Source: Gemmatimonadales bacterium
Lineage (GTDB): Bacteria > Gemmatimonadota > Gemmatimonadetes > Gemmatimonadales > Gemmatimonadaceae
Assembly: GCA_038319425.1 (NCBI GenBank)
Contig: JBBQDE010000001.1
Location: 1-32,253, forward strand
Length of the DNA stretch: 32,253 bases
Reading direction: 5' to 3'
How positions within the stretch are numbered: the stretch's first letter is position 1; each line of letters starts with the position of its first letter. The translations under genes were made by a program, and so were the position numbers. The notes beneath the pieces were generated by a model. The model worked only from the letters and a program-made list of their open reading frames with translations. It had not been told where the DNA came from and made no database searches. Shown piece by piece: positions 16,246-22,722 of this stretch.

Positions 16246-17322
16246 TCAGAGGTCCGGCCGCAGCGGATCGGTGCCCGCCGAGAGCTGCGCTGGCGGCGAG
16301 CCGGCCGCGGATGGCGACGAGGAAGGCCCAGGCTGACGCGGCGCCGGATTGCTGTTGCTGCGCGTCAACAGCTCGCGCAAGCCACCGAGCGCGCCCATCA
16401 CCCCAGTCGCTTCGGCCGGCAGGAAGATCGTCGTGCCGGCGCCCTCGGTGATCTTGGGCAGGGCCTCGAGGTACTTGAGGCCGAGGAGGTACATGGCCGC
16501 CTGGCCCTCGGGCAGCGCGGCGGAGATCCTCACGAGCGCGTCGGCCTCGGCTTCGGCCATCGCCGTGCGCGCGGTCGCGAGCCCCTGTGCGCGCAGGATC
16601 GCCGCGTCCTTCTCACCCTCCGCGCGGCGCACCTGGGATTCGCGCACGCCCTCCGCCTCGAGAATAGCGGCACGCTTGCCCGCCTCGGCGTTCGTGACCG
16701 CCGCGCGGCGCTCGCGCTCGGCGCGCATCTGCAGCTCCATCGACTGCTGAATGTCGCGCGGCGGCTCGATCGCCTGGAGCTCGACGCGGGTGAGGTCGAC
16801 GCCCCAGCCAATCGCGGCCTCCTCGATCACCTCGCGCATCCGCGTGTTGATCGCATCGCGGCTGGCGAGCGTGGAGTCGAGCTCCATCTCGCCGACGATG
16901 TTGCGCAGCGTCGTCTTGGTCAGCGTCTCGAGCGCGTACGGGAGGTTCTGCACCGCGTAGGTGGCCTTCTGCGGATCGGCCACGCGATAGTAGACGACGG
17001 CGTCGATGTCGATCGTGACGTTGTCCTTGGTGATGACCGGTTGGCTCGGGAAGTTGAGCACCTGCTCGCGGAGGTCGATGCGATTGGTCGACCCGGCGGT
17101 CACCTTCTTCGTGCCGCCGGGGTCCACCTGGAAGTAGCGCACGTCGATGGACTTCGGCCGCTCGATGTAGGGGACAAGGATGTTGAGGCCGGATCGGGCG
17201 ACGCGGTGGAAGCGGCCGAGCCGCTCGATCACCATCACCTCCGCCTGGCCGATGATCTTGAACGAGGCACGCGCCACTGCGACCAGCAGGGCGACGATGA
17301 TCGCGGCAATTGCGAGACCCAT
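16246..17322 (-). CDS. SPFH/band-7 (stomatin/paraslipin-like) membrane protein
   Basis: N-terminal TM helix, then the SPFH core (VMVIERLGRFHRVARSGLNILVPYIERP, VITKDNV, YYRVADPQKATY). This is followed by an Ala/Glu/Arg coiled coil and a Pro/Ser-rich tail. ATG 17322 has GGAG 5 nt upstream. The track start GTG 17328 is 2 codons longer. Confidence 0.88.
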   Translation of the reverse strand: MGLAIAAIIVALLVAVARASFKIIGQAEVMVIERLGRFHRVARSGLNILVPYIERPKSIDVRYFQVDPGGTKKVTAGSTNRIDLREQVLNFPSQPVITKDNVTIDIDAVVYYRVADPQKATYAVQNLPYALETLTKTTLRNIVGEMELDSTLASRDAINTRMREVIEEAAIGWGVDLTRVELQAIEPPRDIQQSMELQMRAERERRAAVTNAEAGKRAAILEAEGVRESQVRRAEGEKDAAILRAQGLATARTAMAEAEADALVRISAALPEGQAAMYLLGLKYLEALPKITEGAGTTIFLPAEATGVMGALGGLRELLTRSNSNPAPRQPGPSSSPSAAGSPPAQLSAGTDPLRPDL

Positions 17323-17471
17323 GACCACTCCGTCGAGGACTGAGAGATGTTACCGCCGGGTCGGGATGGGGGCAACGCTGACGGAGTCAGACCAGGCGGC
17401 GCAGCCAGAGGGCGATCGCCGATGAGCGTCGTCGCGACGCTCTCACCAACATGGAAGTCTCTCCGGCACGA

Positions 17472-17927
17472 TCAAAAGCGCTCGCCGGCGGCCTCACGAG
17501 CCTGATTGCCAGCCGGGCGGATGCGCGACCACATGTTGTGAAAGAACAGGAGCAAGCCGATGATTTGCGCGGCGCCGGACGCGACGACGAGCCACCGTAG
17601 CCCCAGGGCGTCGCTCCGCGTGCGCGCCAGCTCTCCGATCACCCGCACCAGCGTCCCCGACGCGAGAAGCCAGTACGCCGTCTCGGCCACGGCTGGACGA
17701 TATTGGCTGTCTCCTTTGGCCGGACGCGGGAACATCCACAGGGCGACGCCGAGGATCATCATCATGACGAAACCGACGAGGAGGGCGTGGGTGTGCGCAC
17801 TGACGAGATAGGCGGATTGAATGTGCGCGCCGAGCTCGCGCTGAAGCATCATCCATCCGCCGAGCATCAGTCCGAGCACGAGGAAGAAAATTGCCGTTTT
17901 GAGGTAGCGCCGCACGAGCGACGTCAT
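17472..17927 (-). CDS. 4-TM membrane protein B, mini heme-copper-oxidase-subunit-I-like (paralog of the upstream gene)
   Basis: 151 aa with four predicted TM helices. TM2 carries AHTHALLVGFVMMMILGVALWMFPRP. Its ATG overlaps the upstream stop (ATGA, 17924-17927). High GC3. Confidence 0.75.
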   Translation of the reverse strand: MTSLVRRYLKTAIFFLVLGLMLGGWMMLQRELGAHIQSAYLVSAHTHALLVGFVMMMILGVALWMFPRPAKGDSQYRPAVAETAYWLLASGTLVRVIGELARTRSDALGLRWLVVASGAAQIIGLLLFFHNMWSRIRPAGNQAREAAGERF

Positions 17928-18412
17928 GCCTCACGCGCGGGAAAGGTCGGCAGTGGAGCGCGCGAATGAGCGATGACCGCTTCACGCGCGTGCGCGATCG
18001 CAGCCTGATTGGACGCCGTCCCGTCCACCGTCCGCCAGATGACGTAGACGAAGAGGTACGCGCCGAGCGCCGACAGGCCGCCACCGGCGACGAGAACCTG
18101 GGTGCCCGCAGTGGGCGATGCGGCGCGGAGCACAAACCCCGCCACCAGCAGTGCCAGTCCCACGTTCGAGATCCACCAGTGCCAGCCCGCGATGCGACGG
18201 CTGTGGAGTGGAAATCCCACGAATCGCGGGATGGCGTGGTAGGCGACGCCATAGATCATCATGGTCACGAAGCCGAGGAGCACCATGTGCATGTGGGCGA
18301 CGCGGTGGATCGTCCACGGCGGATAGGCGGCCATCGCGAGCCCGAGGCTGACACCGAGAGCGAGCCAGGCAAGGCTGGCTTTCAGGAAGGCCTTGACGAA
18401 CCAGTCCATCAT
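17924..18412 (-). CDS. 4-TM membrane protein A, mini heme-copper-oxidase-subunit-I-like
   Basis: 162 aa counted from ATG 18412, which shares one nt with the upstream stop (TGATG); the track start at 18442 is 10 codons longer. Four predicted TM helices. TM2 carries AHMHMVLLGFVTMMIYGVAYHAIPRF. This matches the helix pattern H-x-H-x3-LG(W/F)-x6-(F/Y)G-x2-Y-x3-PR that I recall from cbb3 CcoN/FixN and NorB. Confidence 0.75.
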   Translation of the reverse strand: MMDWFVKAFLKASLAWLALGVSLGLAMAAYPPWTIHRVAHMHMVLLGFVTMMIYGVAYHAIPRFVGFPLHSRRIAGWHWWISNVGLALLVAGFVLRAASPTAGTQVLVAGGGLSALGAYLFVYVIWRTVDGTASNQAAIAHAREAVIAHSRAPLPTFPAREA

Positions 18413-18633
18413 CAGTCCGCGACGCCGACCAGTGACGCGCACGCGGACGTCTCGAGCAGCGTGAGCAGGACGCCCAAGTCAGCATGGACGTGCTGCGCCG
18501 CGTCGCGCAGTGTTGAGCTCGCCCGGCAGCACGTGTCCAACCCGAACACGTGAAGGATCGGGGCGGTCGCCGGGTACGTGGTGAGCACTTCGTTGACGGT
18601 GCTGGCCGCGGTGACGTGGACGAAGGGTAACAT
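18412..18633 (-). CDS. Stand-alone ScdA/YtfE (RIC) N-terminal-domain-like protein (DUF542-like)
   Basis: 73 aa. TVNEVLTTYPATAPILHVFGLDTCCRASSTLRDAAQHVHADLGVLLTLLE resembles the RIC N-domain (compare E. coli YtfE ...[20 protein letters not shown]...). It includes the di-Cys motif but has no hemerythrin-like di-iron domain. Confidence 0.6.
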   Translation of the reverse strand: MLPFVHVTAASTVNEVLTTYPATAPILHVFGLDTCCRASSTLRDAAQHVHADLGVLLTLLETSACASLVGVAD

Positions 18634-18663
18634 GGTGTCTTGTTCCTGTTGAGGTCAGTGCGT

Positions 18664-19506
18664 TTAGAGCATCGTCGGGGCCGCCGACCCGGCGGCGCAG
18701 CGAAAGCCCAGACCTGCGACTGTGGAACGCGCGTTGAGTCCGGCGCGTACGGCGGAGCGCATGAACGCGGGATAGTTCGCCGGATCGGCGACGCCGATGG
18801 CGGCGCTGGCGCAGGACACGCGTCGGCCCTGCACCCCGGAACTGCGACCGGCGACGTGCGAAACGTCAGCAGGCATCCCGGCGTTGACGTCGAGCGTCCA
18901 CTCCCAGGCCGAGCCATGGAGGTCGCGCACGCCATAGGTGTTGGCGAGCCCGGACCCAGCGACCGGAAGCGTTGCGGAGACTCGCGCCGCATAAAGCGCG
19001 AGGATGCGACGGCGAAATACCGGATCGGCGCTCGCGTCGCGGCGCGTCTCGCTCGCGGCGGCCACGTACTCCCATTCGTCCAGCGTCGGCAGCCGCTTGC
19101 CGCGCGCGGCGCAAAACGCCTTTGCGGCGAACCATGAGACGCCGGTGACCGGACGCTGAAGCTCGACGCCGGTGCCGGCGTCGAGCGCGCCCGGCCAATC
19201 GACGAGATACGATGCCTCGGCGAAGTTCCGACCAACGCGGCCGCGCTGCCACTGCGGCTGCGCGCGCACGAACGCGAGGAACTCGGCCCGCGTGGCGGGC
19301 TGCCGATCGAGCGCGAACGTCGCCACGCGCACCCGGCCTCCGCCGGACACGGCGTACAGTGGGCGATAGTCGCCGGCGGGAATCGGGACCATCCCGCCGT
19401 CGACGACACGGTGGCCACGAGTTGGGCGACCAATGACCGCCGCCGCCGCCACGATCGGACATGCGACCGTGATGGCGGCGACGAGTGCGATGAGACGCGG
19501 ACGCAT
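18664..19506 (-). CDS. nirV: NirV: formylglycine-generating-enzyme (SUMF1/FGE-sulfatase) family protein
   Basis: 280 aa with a signal peptide. FGE-family motifs: PVTGVSWFAAKAFCAARGKRLPTLDEWEYVA, NTYGVRDLHGSAWEWT, GLGFRCA. It sits directly downstream of nirK, as in known nirK-nirV pairs. Confidence 0.85.
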   Translation of the reverse strand: MRPRLIALVAAITVACPIVAAAAVIGRPTRGHRVVDGGMVPIPAGDYRPLYAVSGGGRVRVATFALDRQPATRAEFLAFVRAQPQWQRGRVGRNFAEASYLVDWPGALDAGTGVELQRPVTGVSWFAAKAFCAARGKRLPTLDEWEYVAAASETRRDASADPVFRRRILALYAARVSATLPVAGSGLANTYGVRDLHGSAWEWTLDVNAGMPADVSHVAGRSSGVQGRRVSCASAAIGVADPANYPAFMRSAVRAGLNARSTVAGLGFRCAAGSAAPTML

Positions 19507-19539
19507 GATGTGCAGTCCTCGGGTCGCGTGGGCGCGCTG

Positions 19540-20796
19540 CTAGCGACTGGCCGGGGTGGACGACGTGACGGCCGCGAATACCCTGCCGTCATCCGGACCG
19601 CTCACGTGGAGCATGCCGAGCGCTCCCTTGTTGAAGGCGCGGAAGATCGAGTGGTCCACGAGAATGAGGTCGCCGGACTTCTCGACGCCGAACTCGACGA
19701 TCGCGGATCCGCCGGCGGGGATGAGGGTAGTCTGGACATTGTGCTGTGTCGCCACGCTGCCGCCCTCCGAGTACACGTTGTCGAACACCTCGCCGATGAC
19801 ATGGAAGGAGCTGGTAAGGTTCGGGCCCGCGTCGCCGACGAACAGGCGAACGCGCTCGCCGACTTTCGCCTGGAGCGCGTGGTCGCCGGTGAGCGCACCG
19901 ACGCTGCCGTTGAACACCACGTAGGTGGGCTTCTCGTCGATGCCCTTCTCCATGTCGAGCGACTGCATGCCCGGGTCGCCGAACTTGCCCGTCGTGTAGA
20001 ACTCGCTCTGCATGACGTAGAACTCGTGGTCGACCTTCGGCAGGCCAGCCCTGGGCTCGACGAGGATCATGCCGTACATCCCGTTGGCCATGTGCATCGG
20101 CACGGGCGAGGTGGCGCAGTGGTAGATGAAGAGGCCTGGATTCATGGCGGAGAAGGTGAAGACCGACTCGTGCCCGGGCAGGGTGAGGGATGCGTGCGCT
20201 CCGCCACCGGGGCCGGTGACGGCATGCAGGTCGATGTTGTGGGGCATCGTGCTGTTCGCCGCGTTCTTCAGGTGGAGCTCGACGAGGTCGCCTTCGCGCA
20301 CGCGAATGAAGGTGCCCGGCACCGAGCCGCCAAAGGTCCACATCGTGTACTGGACGCCGTCGGCGAGACGCATCGCCTTCTCCGTCACCTCGAGATTGAC
20401 GATGACGCGCGTGGCGTGGGTGCGCGTGATGGGCGCCGGCACGTTTGGCGCCGTCGTGAGGACCGCGATCTCCTGCCCGACGATCTTGCCGGACGGGGAG
20501 TGAATCGGCACCACCTGCACCGCATTGAGCTCGGAGGCGTCGGCGGGCATGCCGCAGCCGCCGAGGCTTGCGGCGAGCAGCGCGGCAGCGGCCAGGGCGA
20601 ACGCGAGCCGGATGCGATCACCGCGCGTCACCGCCGCGAGCGAGCGAGGCTCGAGTGGATCGCGCCGAACCAACGGGATCGCCCTGTGAGCGTACATCAG
20701 CTCGGCTGGAGTTGGAGCGAGAGGCACGCGTGCATCATTTTCGGCGTCGAGCAGATATCTGGCGTAGTGCGCGCTATCGGACGTGGAATTGGACAC
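19540..20796 (-). CDS. nirK: Copper-containing nitrite reductase NirK, lipoprotein (AniA-like) type
   Basis: HNIDLHAV supplies a T1 His, the catalytic Asp and a T2 His. [20 protein letters not shown] supplies a T2 His plus T1 C-x7-H-x4-M. Also HVIGEVFD and LVDHS. Lipobox LAASLGG|C. The coordinates give the longest ORF (GTG 20796). The first 55 codons have depressed GC3, and GTG 20631 would give a canonical 26-aa lipoprotein signal peptide, so the true start may be 20631 or ATG 20697. Confidence 0.92.
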   Translation of the reverse strand: MSNSTSDSAHYARYLLDAENDARVPLAPTPAELMYAHRAIPLVRRDPLEPRSLAAVTRGDRIRLAFALAAAALLAASLGGCGMPADASELNAVQVVPIHSPSGKIVGQEIAVLTTAPNVPAPITRTHATRVIVNLEVTEKAMRLADGVQYTMWTFGGSVPGTFIRVREGDLVELHLKNAANSTMPHNIDLHAVTGPGGGAHASLTLPGHESVFTFSAMNPGLFIYHCATSPVPMHMANGMYGMILVEPRAGLPKVDHEFYVMQSEFYTTGKFGDPGMQSLDMEKGIDEKPTYVVFNGSVGALTGDHALQAKVGERVRLFVGDAGPNLTSSFHVIGEVFDNVYSEGGSVATQHNVQTTLIPAGGSAIVEFGVEKSGDLILVDHSIFRAFNKGALGMLHVSGPDDGRVFAAVTSSTPASR

Positions 20797-20862
20797 GGGG
20801 CCCTCGCTGAAAGATGACTTCTCGTCTCCCAGGGAGGATCGGTCCTTTTGGCGGCGGGAGCA

Positions 20863-20914
20863 GTCGGGAAGAAGCCCGAGCGTGTGTCGGGGAACCTGGC
20901 ACCCGTGTGTCGGG
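20863..20914 (-). promoter_or_regulatory. Three direct repeats with a GTCGGG core, phased every 23 nt, upstream of nirK
   Basis: On the plus strand: gcaGTCGGGaag (core 20863-20868), cgtgtGTCGGGga (core 20886-20891) and cgtgtGTCGGGag (core 20909-20914). The two distal copies share the 11-mer CGTGTGTCGGG exactly. They lie 67-118 nt upstream of the longest-ORF start. Confidence 0.5.
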
Positions 20915-20971
20915 AGTTTTCATCCCTGATGCAATGCTCACCCCCGAGGCGATTGGCCGTCTGGCGTGCGC

Positions 20972-21388
20972 CTAGGGTTCAGCACCCCGATGCGCGCGCG
21001 TCGCGAGCTTGCTCAGCGCGCGGATCCATAACACCGAGCTCGCCACGAGTGCACAGTGGAGCCAGTCCCCTCCGCTCAATGCCGCCGTGCCAAGAGCGTG
21101 CTGCAAATACGGCACGTATATCACCGCGACCTGAAGCGCCAGTGACAGCCCGACCGCCCCCCATAGCCACCGATTGCGGAACAGCCCACCGAACGCGCTT
21201 CGCGTGTCGGACCGTGCGTTGAACACGTTGAACAGCTGAAGGAACATGAGCGTCGTGAAGGCCATCGTCTGGGCGTGGCGCATGCTGCCCCTTCCGGCTA
21301 TGAAGCCGCCGGGCAGCGCGACGTCGAGCACGAAGAGCGTCGCGAGGGCCATCACAACTAACACGAGCGCGATACCGCTCCACGCGAA
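20972..21388 (-). pseudogene. 3' remnant of a P2-type cation-transporting P-type ATPase (C-terminal TM domain only)
   Basis: The frame is open for only 138 codons (FAWSGIALVLVVMALATLFVLDVALPGG...TMAFTTLMFLQLFNVFNARSDTRSAF...NRWLWGAVGLSLALQVAVIYVP...DWL). This matches the last TM helices of Ca/Mg-type ATPases. A stop lies immediately upstream (21389-21391), and no A-, P- or N-domain coding is present in any frame up to 21637. Confidence 0.7.
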
Positions 21389-21568
21389 TCACGGTGGCGT
21401 GCGCGGCCGAGATGGCGCGGAGCGCAGCCCCGGCCCACTCCGCGCGGCAGGCGCGGCGCCGGACGTGGGCTGCCTGAGGGCCGAGACGGTCTTCGTCAGG
21501 AGTTGTCCGGACGACGTTCCGTATTTCCGCCTACGGAGTGATGCCGCCGATGCACGTAACCTTCCCCC

Positions 21569-21589
21569 GGTACACTGATGTACCAGTGT
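21569..21589 (+). promoter_or_regulatory. Two interlocked dyads upstream of the tandem-USP gene (operator candidate)
   Basis: GGTACA-ctga-TGTACC (21569-21584) overlaps ACACTG-atgtac-CAGTGT (21572-21589). The site lies 49-69 nt upstream of ATG 21638. Confidence 0.4.
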
Positions 21590-21637
21590 GCGAGATCGCC
21601 TTGGCATCCCGCCACTCCAGCGTAACCAGGAGGTCCG

Positions 21638-22612
21638 ATGTCCACCGATCTTGCCGTCGCTCCCCAGCTTGCCAGCGAGCCGATGCCGCGCGTTCCGCGC
21701 TCGCTCTTCGGGCGCGTGGTGCTGCTGGCCACGGACGGCTCAGCCGCCTCCAACGCGGCAACACGCACCGCGTTTGCGATCGCCGAGCGGCACGGCGCGA
21801 ACGTTCACGTCATCAACGTGATCGACACCCGCTCGGCACCGCTCCCGCCCGGGCTCGACCTCGCGATCGGCATCGCCGATGCCGCCGTCGGCCCGCTGGT
21901 GCATGCCGAGCAGGTCGAGTCGGTGCGCGACGACATCGCGGCCGCCATCGGCGAACCGGTCGACTGGCGGATCCGCGTCGCGCTCGGCACGCCGGCGCGG
22001 GTGATCGTGCAAGAGGCGCACCGACTGCGCGCTGCGCTGGTGATCGTGGGCCTGCGGCGGCATGGACGACTCGAGCGTGCGATGCAGGATGAGACGGCGC
22101 TCGAGGTAATGCGCCGAGCAGCGTGTCCAGTGCTGGGCGTCGCCGCGGACGCCACCGCACTGCCGATCAAGGTGCTCGCTGCGGTGGACTTCAGCCGCTC
22201 GAGTCTGGCGGCAGCCCGCGCCACGCGCGCGGTGCTGGACGATGGCGGCACGATCGTGCTTGCCTACGCACCTCCAGTGACGTTCGCTCTCCCCGATGAT
22301 GGCGAGGCGGTGATTCACAAGCTCGGCGTCGCGGCCGGCTTCGCGCGCTGTCGCGCCGAGCTCGAGGGCGATCGTATCACGATCGATCAGATCACGTTGC
22401 ACGCCCAGTCCTCCACGCCGGTAGCGGCGGCGCTGCTCGAGTACGCCGATGGCGCCCGGTGCGATCTGATTGCGGCCGGCAGCGCGCGACGCGGGCGGCT
22501 GGATCGCTGGATGTTGGGGAGCGTGAGCACGGACCTGGTGCGCGACGGTCGGCATTCCGTGCTGATCGTCCCACCGCGGACGCTCAAGAATGCCGTGACG
22601 CCAACACCCTAG
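21638..22612 (+). CDS. Tandem universal stress protein (two UspA domains)
   Basis: AGGAGG lies 5 nt upstream of the ATG. Domain 1: VVLLATDGSAASNAA...ALVIVGLRRHGRLERAMQDETALEVMRRAACPVLGV. Domain 2: KVLAAVDFSRSS...DLIAAGSARRGRLDRWMLGSVSTDLVRDGRHSVLIVPP. Confidence 0.9.
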   Translation: MSTDLAVAPQLASEPMPRVPRSLFGRVVLLATDGSAASNAATRTAFAIAERHGANVHVINVIDTRSAPLPPGLDLAIGIADAAVGPLVHAEQVESVRDDIAAAIGEPVDWRIRVALGTPARVIVQEAHRLRAALVIVGLRRHGRLERAMQDETALEVMRRAACPVLGVAADATALPIKVLAAVDFSRSSLAAARATRAVLDDGGTIVLAYAPPVTFALPDDGEAVIHKLGVAAGFARCRAELEGDRITIDQITLHAQSSTPVAAALLEYADGARCDLIAAGSARRGRLDRWMLGSVSTDLVRDGRHSVLIVPPRTLKNAVTPTP

Positions 22613-22621
22613 CGCCTCGCG

Positions 22622-22667
22622 CGCTCAAGGTCCGCGTCGCTCAAGTTCCGGCCGTATGACGGCGTCA
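22622..22667 (+). promoter_or_regulatory. Direct 13-mer repeat pair plus an 11-bp palindrome upstream of the lipoprotein gene
   Basis: CGCTCAAGGTCCG (22622-22634) and CGCTCAAGTTCCG (22638-22650) repeat with a 16-nt period. A third CGCTCAAG lies at 22581. The palindrome TGACGgCGTCA is at 22657-22667. All lie 56-101 nt upstream of ATG 22723. Confidence 0.35.
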
Positions 22668-22722
22668 GATCGGACCGCACGGCGCTAATTCATCGGCAGT
22701 AAACGATCCGGAGGGTCGCGAC

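Noticed and set aside
20897-20911. Sigma-54-like element TGGCAC-N5-TGTC inside the nirK upstream repeats.
   Set aside because: It is on the plus strand and points away from nirK. The downstream element is TGTC rather than TTGC, and no plus-strand gene follows for about 700 nt.
20919-20934. Possible FNR/NnrR box (TTCATCCCTGATGCAA) upstream of nirK.
   Set aside because: It is only a 4-3-4 dyad (CATC..GATG). It does not fit TTGAT-N4-ATCAA in spacing or in half-site sequence.
20972-21388. The idea that the two ATPase remnants (20972..21388 and 29966..30926) are halves of one split gene.
   Set aside because: They belong to different subfamilies: a P2-type C-terminal TM bundle versus a P1B heavy-metal pump with its own C-terminus. 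They are two independent decay events.
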